In this document: in pieces, positions 6,129-15,318 of the stretch
Numbering within the stretch: position 1 is the first letter of the stretch
Layout of the letters: each line of letters begins with the position of its first letter
NCBI GenBank assembly: GCA_964618575.1
Contig: CAZUDJ010000001.1
Location: 4,443-37,764, forward strand
Direction: 5' to 3'
From: an uncultured Gammaproteobacteria bacterium
GTDB lineage: Bacteria; Patescibacteriota; Patescibacteriia; Patescibacteriales; UBA12465
Length of the DNA: 33,322 nucleotides
The notes under the pieces: generated by a model
Told to the model about the DNA's origin: nothing
The model's input: the letters and a program-made list of their open reading frames with translations, nothing else
The model's database searches: none
Program-made: the position numbers and the translations under genes

Positions 6129-7485
6129 GAGAGGAAAATTTATTGTTATAGACGGTACTGATGGTTCAGGAAAAACCACTCAGCTTGAGCTGCTTAAAAG
6201 TAAAATGATAAGCGAGGGCCACGAAGTTGAAGTTGCTGACTTTCCTCAATACAATACTAAGTCAGCTGGCATGGTAGAAGAGTATCTCTCCGGAAAATAT
6301 GGCAGTGCTAGCGAAGTTGACCCATACAAAGCTTCTATTTTCTATGCCATCGACCGTTTTGACGCCAGCGCTACTATAAATAAATGGCTAGACGACGGTA
6401 AAATTGTACTCGCTAATCGCTATACCAGTGCTAGCTTGGGTCATCAAGGTGGAAAAATAAACAACCCTCTGGAGAAGAAATTATTTTTTAACTGGCTTTT
6501 TGATTTAGAGTATAAAATATTTGAGATTCCCCGCCCTGATCTAACTATTATTTTACACGTTGAGCCTGAGATTTCATCTAAGCTGGCTAAACGTAGGCAA
6601 AGAGAAGATTGGGAAGGAAAAACTAAAGACATACATGAAGATGACCTCTCTCATCTTAAAAATGCCGAGAAAACATTTTTAGAAATGGCTTCTAATTTAC
6701 CTGGTTTTAAGTTAGTAAAATGTACTCATAAAGGGGAGATTTTGAGTCCCGAGGCGATTCATTTCTTAGTCTGGCTTGTCAGTAGTCAGCTTATCAAAAA
6801 TAGTAAGCCGCATAAACGTGACTTTCAGGCTATAGGCAATATTATCGGCTCAAATAAGCAAATTGTAAATAATCGTGATTTAATTCTAAATGAACACTCT
6901 AAGGCTAAAGAAAGCTCTCTGCCTCTAGAACAAGTCGAAGATAGCTCTAAGCTACAATCTAGCGTTGCTAGTGTAATGGAAAATAAAGCTAGCATCCAAA
7001 CTGAGATAAAGGAAAGCTTGGTGGAGCTAGAAAAAGAAAAACAAGCCACAGCTAGTAGTCCTAAAACTCTGGTAGTTGAAAAAATAGATGAAGACGCTCG
7101 CCTCCCCAGTAAAGCTCATGTTGGTGATGCTGGTTATGACCTATACTCAAGCGACTACTACTCTATACCTGCCTATGGTCAAGCTCTAGTTTCAACTGGG
7201 ATTAAAATTAAAATACCAGAAAATTCTGTTGCTTTAATCTGGGACAAAAGTGGCTTAGCAAATGATGGCATCACCACCATGGGTGGCGTAATAGATGCTA
7301 GTTATCGGGGGGAGATAAAAGTTATAGTTAAAAATCTTAGTGAAGATATTTTTAATATAGTGCCTCAACAAAAAATTGCCCAGCTTTTAATCCAAGATGT
7401 CTATAATCTTGAAATTAAAGAAGCTAAAATAGAAAATGATAGCAAAAGAAATGAGGCTGGTTTTGGAAGCACTGGTAAATTTTAA
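6118..7485 (+). CDS. tmk/dut: Bifunctional fusion: thymidylate kinase (aa ~1-228) - low-complexity linker (aa ~229-317) - dUTP diphosphatase (aa ~318-455)
   Basis: Start chosen at ATG 6118 (MENKRGKFIVIDGTDGSGKTT). The Tmk motifs are the P-loop GTDGSGKTT, the DRF motif in YAIDRFDA and the LID AKRRQRED. The C-terminal dUTPase motifs are ARLPSKAHVGDAGYDLYS, STGIKIKIP, GGVIDASYRGEIKVIV, KIAQLLI and the C-terminal GFGSTG. There is no stop codon between the domains. Confidence 0.85.
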   Translation: MENKRGKFIVIDGTDGSGKTTQLELLKSKMISEGHEVEVADFPQYNTKSAGMVEEYLSGKYGSASEVDPYKASIFYAIDRFDASATINKWLDDGKIVLANRYTSASLGHQGGKINNPLEKKLFFNWLFDLEYKIFEIPRPDLTIILHVEPEISSKLAKRRQREDWEGKTKDIHEDDLSHLKNAEKTFLEMASNLPGFKLVKCTHKGEILSPEAIHFLVWLVSSQLIKNSKPHKRDFQAIGNIIGSNKQIVNNRDLILNEHSKAKESSLPLEQVEDSSKLQSSVASVMENKASIQTEIKESLVELEKEKQATASSPKTLVVEKIDEDARLPSKAHVGDAGYDLYSSDYYSIPAYGQALVSTGIKIKIPENSVALIWDKSGLANDGITTMGGVIDASYRGEIKVIVKNLSEDIFNIVPQQKIAQLLIQDVYNLEIKEAKIENDSKRNEAGFGSTGKF

Positions 7486-7490
7486 AAAAT

Positions 7491-8999
7491 ATGACAAAAT
7501 ATAAAGCTATAATTGGTTTAGAGATTCACGCTGAGCTTGCTACTAAAAGCAAGATGTTTTGTTCTTGTGATAATAACTCCGAGAACAAAAAGGCAAACAC
7601 CAATGTCTGCCCTATATGCTTAGGTCACCCCGGCACCTTACCCGTGCCCAACAAAAGTGCAATTGAAGCAGTAATTGCCTGTGGCTTAGCTTTAAATTGC
7701 AAAATTAACCTAAAGTCAAAATTTGATAGAAAAAATTATTTCTACCCTGATCTTCCTAAGGGTTATCAAATATCTCAGTTCGATCTTCCTCTGGCCTACT
7801 CTGGTTCTTTAAATTTAGGTAGTGATAAAATAGAGATAACTAGGATACATCTAGAAGAGGATACTGGTAAATCTACTCACCCTAAAGGCAGTGATTATAC
7901 ATTGATCGACTTTAATCGTGCCGGCACACCCCTTATGGAGCTTGTAAGTGACCCAGTGATAAAAGATGCTAAGCAAGCTAAAGACTTCTGTCAAAAATTT
8001 CAGCAAATTATGCGCTATTTAGAAATAAGTCAAGCTGATATGGAAAAAGGAGAGATGCGCTGTGAGGCGAATGTTAGTTTGCAAGAAATTGGTAAATTTA
8101 AAAACAAAAACGGAATAATTACTCCTCTTAAAAAATATAAACTTAACAACAAGGTTGAGGTTAAAAATATTAATTCCTTCCGCTCTCTTGAAAAGGCCAT
8201 AAATTATGAAATTAAACGTCAAGAAGAGTTACTTGAACAAGGAGGAGAAATCGTAGCCGAAACCAGAGGCTGGGATGAAAATAAAAATAAGACAGTCAGC
8301 CAAAGAGTGAAAGAAAGTTCAGCTGACTATCGCTACTTCCCTGAACCAGACATCCCCCCTATAAATATAGACGGCAAGTGGCTCGCTAAAATAAAAGCTA
8401 GTCTGCCAGAGCTACCTGATAATAAAATAAAGAGATTTCAACAAGAGTATGGTCTTAAAGCTGACATGGCGGAAACTCTTTGTGCTACTAAAGAGTTATC
8501 TCACTTCACTGAACAGGTTATCTCTGAGCTAAATGCTTGGATAGAGGCAAATGGTGACGACCCTAGACGCCAAGATAAGAAGCTAGCTCAAATAGCATCT
8601 AACTGGCTAAGTAGTGAACTACTAAAGCACCTTAAACTAAATAAAGAAAATATTTCCGACCTTAGGCTAACAGCGGAAAACTTTGCTGAATTAGTCTGTT
8701 TAATATATCAAAATAAAGTAAATTCTTCCGCGGGTCAGATTATTTTAGATATAATGTATAAAAATGGAGGTGATCCGACTGACATAATGAGAGATTTAAG
8801 TTTAGAACAATTAGATAGTCGCTCCGAATTAGAGGAAACAATAAAAAGTATCTTAGCAAAACATCCTAGCCAGGTAGCTGATTACAAGGCTGGTAAATTA
8901 AATATCATTCAATTTTTACTTGGTCAAGTGATGGCTCAAACTAAAGGAAAGGCTAACCCAACCCTGGCCAAAGAAATACTTCAAGACTTGTTAAAATAA
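7491..8999 (+). CDS. gatB: Asp-tRNA(Asn)/Glu-tRNA(Gln) amidotransferase subunit B
   Basis: YKAIIGLEIHAELATKSKMFCSC...CPICLGHPGTLPV...NYFYPDLPKGYQISQ...RIHLEEDTGKS...DFNRAGTPLMELV are canonical GatB blocks, and a GatB/YqeY C-terminal domain is present. Confidence 0.95.
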   Translation: MTKYKAIIGLEIHAELATKSKMFCSCDNNSENKKANTNVCPICLGHPGTLPVPNKSAIEAVIACGLALNCKINLKSKFDRKNYFYPDLPKGYQISQFDLPLAYSGSLNLGSDKIEITRIHLEEDTGKSTHPKGSDYTLIDFNRAGTPLMELVSDPVIKDAKQAKDFCQKFQQIMRYLEISQADMEKGEMRCEANVSLQEIGKFKNKNGIITPLKKYKLNNKVEVKNINSFRSLEKAINYEIKRQEELLEQGGEIVAETRGWDENKNKTVSQRVKESSADYRYFPEPDIPPINIDGKWLAKIKASLPELPDNKIKRFQQEYGLKADMAETLCATKELSHFTEQVISELNAWIEANGDDPRRQDKKLAQIASNWLSSELLKHLKLNKENISDLRLTAENFAELVCLIYQNKVNSSAGQIILDIMYKNGGDPTDIMRDLSLEQLDSRSELEETIKSILAKHPSQVADYKAGKLNIIQFLLGQVMAQTKGKANPTLAKEILQDLLK

Positions 9000-9014
9000 G
9001 AGAGTATAAAAAAA

Positions 9015-9037
9015 AGACTACTTAAGCTAAGTAGTCT
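9015..9037. terminator. Bidirectional terminator hairpin at the gatB/miaA convergent junction
   Basis: AGACTACTTA-AGC-TAAGTAGTCT is a 10-bp stem flanked by an A-run (5') and a T-run (3'). The stem contains the miaA stop codon. Confidence 0.7.
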
Positions 9038-9978
9038 TTTACTATTTCCTTCATCTCTTTGTAGCTACTGACATAGTTTATCTTTTGACCCTGTTTTTCA
9101 AAACGCTTAAACCAGGTTTTTTGTTTTTTAGCAAAACGATAAATAGCGGTGATGAGCTTTTCTCGCATCTCATCTTTATCTAATTTTTTTTGCAAATAAA
9201 GACTTACATATTTATACTCTAAGCCAAAAGAAATTAAACGCTTATAAGAAATACCGGCCTCATGCAATCCCTTCACCTCATTTATCAAGGCCCCATCTTT
9301 AAGCCTTTGGTCTAAACGTAAACTAATATTTTCTCTCATTTTAGCATCGCTTATCTCTGTGGCTATTACTAAAAAATTATAAGGATTATCTATTTTTTTT
9401 CTCTGGACTATATCGCCTTCCGAGGCAATCTCAAGATAGCGAGCCAGTCTTCTGGCATTATTTCTATCGCTATTATTTAAACGCTCTGCAAAATCTGGGT
9501 TAAGTTTTTTAAGTTTTTTGTATAGCTTGTCTGCACCTAAGCTCTCTTGCTTGTCACGCTCTAAACGCTTACTTTTAACATTTACCAGTTCATAATTATC
9601 TACCAAAGCTTGAACATAGAGGCCACTACCACCCACTATGATAGGTAATTTTCCTTTATCTAAAACTCTTTCTATACTTTTCTTAGCAAGCTTTAAATAA
9701 CGTGCCAGGTGAAAGGGTTGGCGCGGACTGGCAACATCTATTAAATGATAGGGGATGTCATGTCCTTTATAATTATAATCAGGCAGGTCTTTGCCTGTTC
9801 CTATATCCATTCCTCTATAAACCTGTCTACTATCAGCGCTAATTATCTCCCCTGATAATTCATGTGCTAGACGAACACCTAGCCCGGTTTTGCCACTAGC
9901 CGTTACACCGGTAATGACAATTAACTTAGGGCGCAAATCTTCTTTTTTATTTTTTTTAGCTTTCTTTATTTTCGACAT
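9022..9978 (-). CDS. miaA: tRNA dimethylallyltransferase (i6A37 synthase)
   Basis: It has the P-loop ITGVTASGKTGLGVRLA, then IISADSRQVYRGMDIGTGK, HHLIDV-like YHLIDVASP and IIVGGSGLYVQAL. Confidence 0.9.
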   Translation of the reverse strand: MSKIKKAKKNKKEDLRPKLIVITGVTASGKTGLGVRLAHELSGEIISADSRQVYRGMDIGTGKDLPDYNYKGHDIPYHLIDVASPRQPFHLARYLKLAKKSIERVLDKGKLPIIVGGSGLYVQALVDNYELVNVKSKRLERDKQESLGADKLYKKLKKLNPDFAERLNNSDRNNARRLARYLEIASEGDIVQRKKIDNPYNFLVIATEISDAKMRENISLRLDQRLKDGALINEVKGLHEAGISYKRLISFGLEYKYVSLYLQKKLDKDEMREKLITAIYRFAKKQKTWFKRFEKQGQKINYVSSYKEMKEIVKDYLA

Positions 9979-9993
9979 ACAAATAATACTTAT

Positions 9994-11298
9994 TTAAGAA
10001 ACTATCTCTCCCTCTAGGCCCATAATATCAGCTGAGCTTATTTTAACATTTACAAACTTGCCTATAATTTCATCATTTAAACTCTCATTTAAAGTAATTT
10101 GCACCATTTTATAATTCCCCGCTTTGCCATAATACTTGCCCTTACGGTTTTTCCCTTCTACTAGTATTGTTAGCACCCCGCCTAGTAATTTTTTATTTGC
10201 CTGATAAGAGTTTTTAAACATTATCTCTTCCAATATTTTTTCTCGACCTGCCTTTTCTTTTTCACTTACATCATCTTCTAAAGTAGCTGAAACAGTTCCC
10301 GGTCTTGGGCTATAGCGAGAGATATAGGCGAGCTCAAATTGAGATTTTTTAAAAACCTTCAATGTATTTAGGAAATTGGCCTCACTTTCCCCTGGATAAC
10401 CGACTATAATATCGGTCGTGATACTGATATTCTTTTTAAGAGCTCTTACTTTTTTAAGTATATCTAGGAAATGCTTAGAATCGTACTTACGATTCATAGC
10501 TTGTAAAATATCATCGTCACCAGATTGAAGGGCTAGATGCAGATGAGGACAAATTTTATCATATTTAGAAATAATTTCTATTAGCTTATCACTTACATCC
10601 TTAGGATGACTAGAAAAAAACCTTATCCAAAAATTTCCTTTTAAGCTTGCCACTTCAGCTAATAATTTAGGAAAATCATAGTCTAGAGAGTGATAGGAAT
10701 TTACATTTTGGGCGATTAAAATAATTTCTTTGTAACCCTTATTAAGCAAATCTTTTACTTCTAAAATAATATCTGAGGCGCTACGATAAACCTCCCTACC
10801 CCGGGCATAAGGAACCACGCAATAAGAACAAAAATTATTACAACCATTGCCTATCGGCACTTGGGCTGAGAAAGAATTTGTTTGTTTAGGTGAAATATTT
10901 AAATATTTCTCACCTTCCTTAAGCCTAGTCTTATCCAAACTAAGCCTGCTTTCCATTTTTGGATTTTCTAGCAATTCTAAAATATCAGGCAGGGCACTAA
11001 TAGGCATAAAATAGTCCACCTTAGCCGCAAGCCTTTTCTTAACATCCTCTCGCTTGGAAAGACAGCCGGTTAAAAGTATTTTAATATTTGGATTTAATTT
11101 TCTGGCGCTACTAACTAGACTATAGGCTCTATTTTCAGCTGACTGTCTAATTCCACAAGTATTGATAATTAAAAGCTCAGCCTGTTTTATTTCAGAAACA
11201 GAAAGGTAGTCGTGCTCATCTAAAAAACTGGCTATCCTAGCACTGTCAGAGTAATTCATAGCGCAGCCTAGGGTAACTATATGGTAATTTTTTTTCAT
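9994..11298 (-). CDS. miaB: Radical-SAM methylthiotransferase, MiaB-type (ms2i6A37)
   Basis: The UPF0004 N-domain is present (YHIVTLGCAMNYSDS ... INTCGIR ... TGC), along with the radical SAM CNNFCSYCVVPYARG (CxxxCxxC) and a C-terminal TRAM-like domain. It is adjacent to and co-directional with miaA. Confidence 0.85.
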   Translation of the reverse strand: MKKNYHIVTLGCAMNYSDSARIASFLDEHDYLSVSEIKQAELLIINTCGIRQSAENRAYSLVSSARKLNPNIKILLTGCLSKREDVKKRLAAKVDYFMPISALPDILELLENPKMESRLSLDKTRLKEGEKYLNISPKQTNSFSAQVPIGNGCNNFCSYCVVPYARGREVYRSASDIILEVKDLLNKGYKEIILIAQNVNSYHSLDYDFPKLLAEVASLKGNFWIRFFSSHPKDVSDKLIEIISKYDKICPHLHLALQSGDDDILQAMNRKYDSKHFLDILKKVRALKKNISITTDIIVGYPGESEANFLNTLKVFKKSQFELAYISRYSPRPGTVSATLEDDVSEKEKAGREKILEEIMFKNSYQANKKLLGGVLTILVEGKNRKGKYYGKAGNYKMVQITLNESLNDEIIGKFVNVKISSADIMGLEGEIVS

Positions 11299-11305
11299 AA
11301 TAATT

Positions 11306-13252
11306 TTATTCTTCTTTATTTTCTAAGCCAGATGGCAGCATATCCATAGTGCTAGTCGCTAGGCCCTCAGGAGCAGAGTCTTGCAAAGTATAGAGGCTAA
11401 AGTCATGATTAATTCTTTTAAGCAGCGTCATCTTTAAATCATAGACATTGAGCTTTCTCTCATTTAAATAATCAACTGCTTCAGCGGGAAGAGAGAAGTT
11501 ATAATAATATAGGGGATAATATTTCACTAGCTTAGCTGAGGCAATAAGGAGCTCATCGTTTGGAATTGTGCCCATAATTACCCTTCTTTCTGGAAATAGA
11601 AACTTATCATAATACTTAGTAATGATAATAGAATTCTCTTCTGTTTGTGCCCGAACATCTTCAATGTACTCTCTTTCTCTTAAATTATTATAATATAGAT
11701 GAACTAAGCCTTCCTCAGAGCCAAATAATACAAAATCTAGACTAATTAGACTTATTATTATAACAACTACAAGCTGCAAAGCACTTATTATTTTTTGACT
11801 CTTAAAAGACTTCATCCCACTTATAGCTAAAACAAAAGCTCGCGTTAAATGATATATTAAAAAAGAGGCAATCGGTATCATCATTAAATAAATTGGCAAC
11901 CAATAGCGGGTATAGGAATTCCCTATAGTAAACCTATTGGGATCTGGATTATCGTTAAACTGCCAAGAGCCATAATAAAAGATTAAAATAGTTGAAAGCA
12001 CTGCAAAGATTAAAAAATAAACTAAATGCTTCTTTTCAAACTTAAAGAAACTTCTAACTACAACTAGAACAAAGCCTAAAACAAAGAGCAGACTTAAAAT
12101 AGGAAACATTTCTATTATATAATGCTCTGCCATCTGCAGTGATTGCTCATAATCAAAACCAAAATAGAAAATGTTGTGGTATATAGTTTTTAAATAATCA
12201 AGCGAGCCTCCTCCCTTAATAACTGACTGCACTATACCAGAGCCAGCCTCAGAGATATCATCTAAGGAGCGATTCATTTCATTGTAGCCACCGCGCAGTG
12301 GCGCAGAATAGAGCAACTGGTTAAAGTAGAGATTGGGTATAATCGCTAAAAACACTCCGGCGACAATTAAAATAATTTTACTAAAGCTATAGGATTTAAA
12401 ATAAAAAAGCCAAGCTATAAAAAGAGCTGGTAAAAGCCAAATGAGCTCAGAAAGACGAGTAATAAATGTTAGCCCTAAAAAAACACCAGCTAAAAAAGCA
12501 TAAAGCAGCTTTAAATAAAATTCCTTTCCCAGCTTAAAGTTTAAAAATTTAGCCTTAAAGCTAGTTTTAAATTTATTTTTTGACTTGAGCTCTTCCACTT
12601 CGCCCCTCTCATCTTCACTTGCTAAAGAATGGCTATCTAATTCTGCTTTCTCAAGCACGGGTTGCTTGGGCTTCCTTTCTTTAGCTGCTAAAATTAAGAA
12701 ATATATGCCCAAAAGCAGTAGGACAATAAATAAAACATTATGGAACATGCTTCTGACACTATAATAAATATAAACTGGGAAAAATGTCAGCAAAGCGGAT
12801 GAAATAAGAGCGATTCTTTTATTAAACACTCGCCTCACTATCTCGTAATAAATAAGTATGCCTAAAGCAGCCAACAAAGGCGTGAAAAAAGGAATTAAGG
12901 CTGAGCCAAGAAAACTTGCTAAAAAGCCATATATAAGTATTATTCCTAAAAAACTAACTGGCTTTAACCAACCAAAGTCACTTCTAAAGCTACGCGGCAT
13001 AACCATGTTGTCACCTATAATAGCTGCCTCATCAAAGCTGCCTAAAGACTTGCCTTCACTAAAGCGCTTGCTAAAAAAATAGTTAGCACTTTCATCAGGA
13101 GAGGTCCATTTAGTATAGCTGTCGTCTTGTAAACTAAAATTAAAGCTAGAAGTAGCAATAAAAAAAAGACTAGCTAAAATTACAAGTATAAGACTGTTAA
13201 AATTGACTTTAAATTTTATTTTCATCAATTTAATGTTAACCGAAATTGCCAT
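11306..13252 (-). CDS. Polytopic membrane glycosyltransferase, GT-C fold (ArnT / PMT_2-like, GT39/GT83-type)
   Basis: The track ORF starts at TTG 13261. ATG alternatives are at 13252 (MAISVNIK...) and 13225 (MKIKFKVNF...). There are more than 10 hydrophobic segments. The first loop SPDESANYFFSKRF...WLKPVSFLG...YYEIVRRVFNKRIALISSALLTFFP follows the ArnT/PMT pattern (acidic DE loop, KP, basic-rich helix). A ~55-aa charged insert lies mid-protein. Confidence 0.6.
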   Translation of the reverse strand: MAISVNIKLMKIKFKVNFNSLILVILASLFFIATSSFNFSLQDDSYTKWTSPDESANYFFSKRFSEGKSLGSFDEAAIIGDNMVMPRSFRSDFGWLKPVSFLGIILIYGFLASFLGSALIPFFTPLLAALGILIYYEIVRRVFNKRIALISSALLTFFPVYIYYSVRSMFHNVLFIVLLLLGIYFLILAAKERKPKQPVLEKAELDSHSLASEDERGEVEELKSKNKFKTSFKAKFLNFKLGKEFYLKLLYAFLAGVFLGLTFITRLSELIWLLPALFIAWLFYFKSYSFSKIILIVAGVFLAIIPNLYFNQLLYSAPLRGGYNEMNRSLDDISEAGSGIVQSVIKGGGSLDYLKTIYHNIFYFGFDYEQSLQMAEHYIIEMFPILSLLFVLGFVLVVVRSFFKFEKKHLVYFLIFAVLSTILIFYYGSWQFNDNPDPNRFTIGNSYTRYWLPIYLMMIPIASFLIYHLTRAFVLAISGMKSFKSQKIISALQLVVVIIISLISLDFVLFGSEEGLVHLYYNNLREREYIEDVRAQTEENSIIITKYYDKFLFPERRVIMGTIPNDELLIASAKLVKYYPLYYYNFSLPAEAVDYLNERKLNVYDLKMTLLKRINHDFSLYTLQDSAPEGLATSTMDMLPSGLENKEE

Positions 13253-13275
13253 TTTTAGCAAGAATTTGCTATTAT
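13246..13275 (+). promoter_or_regulatory. Candidate promoter of the 661-aa membrane protein gene (near-leaderless geometry)
   Basis: TTGCCA (13246-13251) - 18 nt - TATTAT (13270-13275). The ATG at 13286 is only 10 nt after the -10. The element overlaps the 5' end of the divergent gene. Confidence 0.3.
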
Positions 13276-13285
13276 ATTAGGACCT

Positions 13286-15271
13286 ATGAGATATCTTAAA
13301 AAAATAAAAAATAGATATAAAATTCTTGACTGGCCGGAATTACTTGTCAGTCTTTTAGTTATTTACTCAGCCTTAATCTACTTTTTCTATTCCTTAAATG
13401 CTCTGGGCATTACCCTTGCATTAGTTCTCACTTTTATCACTTTTGTTAGTCTTTTCAAGCTCAATTTACTAAAACTAGAAGAGAGGCCTAAAAATACTAT
13501 AAGAAGACTAGATAACAAGCGTCTACTTGCAATCATAACTTACTTAATTTTTGTTTTAGGTGCTTTTTTAGAATTATTTAAGGCTAGAACTGATTTAGCT
13601 CTTATATCTCCCTTTGAAGTAATAAACAAGGGTTCCTTTTTTCTTTTCTATGCACTTAGCCTAATTATCCTCTTTCTTCTTATAAATCGTAGATATTTTA
13701 AACAAAAAACAAATATAGGGCTTCTGTCACTACATTTATTTTTAAGCCTTAGTCTAGCTCTTATAGTTTACAGGATAGCTTATGGCTTTGACCCCTTCAT
13801 TCACCTAGCTGCAGTTGAAACCATAATAGACCAGGGAGTAATCTACCCCAAGACTCCCTACTATTTAGGACAATACGGCTTAATTACCATCTTAAGTAAA
13901 ATAAGCGGTCTTTCAGCCTCTATTTTTAGCAAACTATTAGTCCCTCTTAGCGCTGCCCTCATATTACCAAAATTAGCCTTTAACTTTTTCCAAAACCTCT
14001 CTTTAGATAAAGATGCTAAGAGCAGAGTTGTTCTTGTAAGCAGCTTAAGCGCTCTTACTCTTGTATTTTCCTTATTTATAATTAGCACTCCGCAAAATTT
14101 TGCTTATTTATTTTTATTACTTACAATCTACTCCGCTATTGCCAAAAAGCCGCCTGCCTATACCGCAATTTTTGCCCTAGCTTCAGCCGCAATTCACCCC
14201 ATTGCCGGCATCCCTGCTATTATTTGGAGCTTGTGGTTAATATTTAAAAACCAAGAAGCGCGATTTAGCCAAAAAGCTAGTAAGTTTATATCCGCTTCCC
14301 TCCTTGCCGCAGGAGCTCTTTTAATCCCCTTCGCTCTGTTTATCGCCAGTGGCGCTAAGCGGCATAATTTAAAATTTAACTATCAGTCTATCTGGCTTAC
14401 CCTTAAGTCATTATTTGCGCCTGGCTATAGCGGCTCCCAAGACTTTTTACTAAATGCTGTTTACCTTATCGCTAATTACCAAAAACTTATTATAATAGCC
14501 ATGATTTTAAGCGGAGTCTTAATTTTTTTGAAAAATAAAACTAAACTACATTTTCATGATAAGGCTACTTATGTTTGGCGAGGATTACTTAGTATTAACC
14601 TCTCTTTAATTGCAGCCTACATCTTAAGCTCTCAGATTAATTTTAATAATATTATTGCCTATGAGCAGAATGATTTTTCCAGTCGTATAATAAGTATAAT
14701 TATCATATTTTCTAGCCCTTTTATTGCTCTTAGTATTTATTATGCTATAAAAAAAATATACGATCTTCCTCGTCTTAAAACACGACTAATTTTCTTTGCT
14801 TTGATTATTTTCTTTATTTCTAGTTCGCTATACTTGGCTTACCCAAGGTTTGATAAATATCATAACTCTAGAGGCTATAGTACTAGTAAATACGATTTAG
14901 AGGCGGTTAGAGTGATAGATAAGATGGCAAGTGATAAATACCTCGTCTTAGCCAATCAACAGGTCTCAGCGGCCGCTCTGCACGTCTTTGGCTTTACTAA
15001 TTACCTAGATACTCCCTCTGGTGAGCTCTATTTCTACCCCATTCCTACTGGGGGCATTTTATACAATTATTATTTAGATATGGTCTATGAGTCACCCAGT
15101 CGAGAAACAATGCTCTCTGTTATGGACTTAACTAAAACCCAAGAATCTTATTTTGTAATAAACAAATACTGGAGTGATAGTTCTAAAATAATAAAGGCCG
15201 CCAAATTAAGTGCTGATAATTGGCAGGCCTTAGAAGATAACAATATTTTTATTTTTCAATATTTAAAATAG
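13286..15271 (+). CDS. Uncharacterised 661-aa polytopic membrane protein with a C-terminal soluble domain (possible GT-C-like enzyme)
   Basis: It has at least 12 hydrophobic segments over aa 1-520, then a ~140-aa hydrophilic C-terminal domain. The loop motif YGFDPFIHLAAVETIIDQG is present. No family is confidently recognised. The CDS itself is secure (long ORF, ATG start, terminator hairpin after the stop). Confidence 0.5.
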   Translation: MRYLKKIKNRYKILDWPELLVSLLVIYSALIYFFYSLNALGITLALVLTFITFVSLFKLNLLKLEERPKNTIRRLDNKRLLAIITYLIFVLGAFLELFKARTDLALISPFEVINKGSFFLFYALSLIILFLLINRRYFKQKTNIGLLSLHLFLSLSLALIVYRIAYGFDPFIHLAAVETIIDQGVIYPKTPYYLGQYGLITILSKISGLSASIFSKLLVPLSAALILPKLAFNFFQNLSLDKDAKSRVVLVSSLSALTLVFSLFIISTPQNFAYLFLLLTIYSAIAKKPPAYTAIFALASAAIHPIAGIPAIIWSLWLIFKNQEARFSQKASKFISASLLAAGALLIPFALFIASGAKRHNLKFNYQSIWLTLKSLFAPGYSGSQDFLLNAVYLIANYQKLIIIAMILSGVLIFLKNKTKLHFHDKATYVWRGLLSINLSLIAAYILSSQINFNNIIAYEQNDFSSRIISIIIIFSSPFIALSIYYAIKKIYDLPRLKTRLIFFALIIFFISSSLYLAYPRFDKYHNSRGYSTSKYDLEAVRVIDKMASDKYLVLANQQVSAAALHVFGFTNYLDTPSGELYFYPIPTGGILYNYYLDMVYESPSRETMLSVMDLTKTQESYFVINKYWSDSSKIIKAAKLSADNWQALEDNNIFIFQYLK

Positions 15272-15290
15272 AATTTAAAACAATAAGAAA

Positions 15291-15318
15291 AAGAAAGTCG
15301 CTTCTTAGCGACTTTCTT
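15291..15318. terminator. Bidirectional terminator hairpin at the convergent junction of the 661-aa and 783-aa genes
   Basis: AAGAAAGTCGC-TTCTTA-GCGACTTTCTT is an 11-bp stem. It overlaps the stop and the last codons of the 783-aa gene. Confidence 0.65.
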
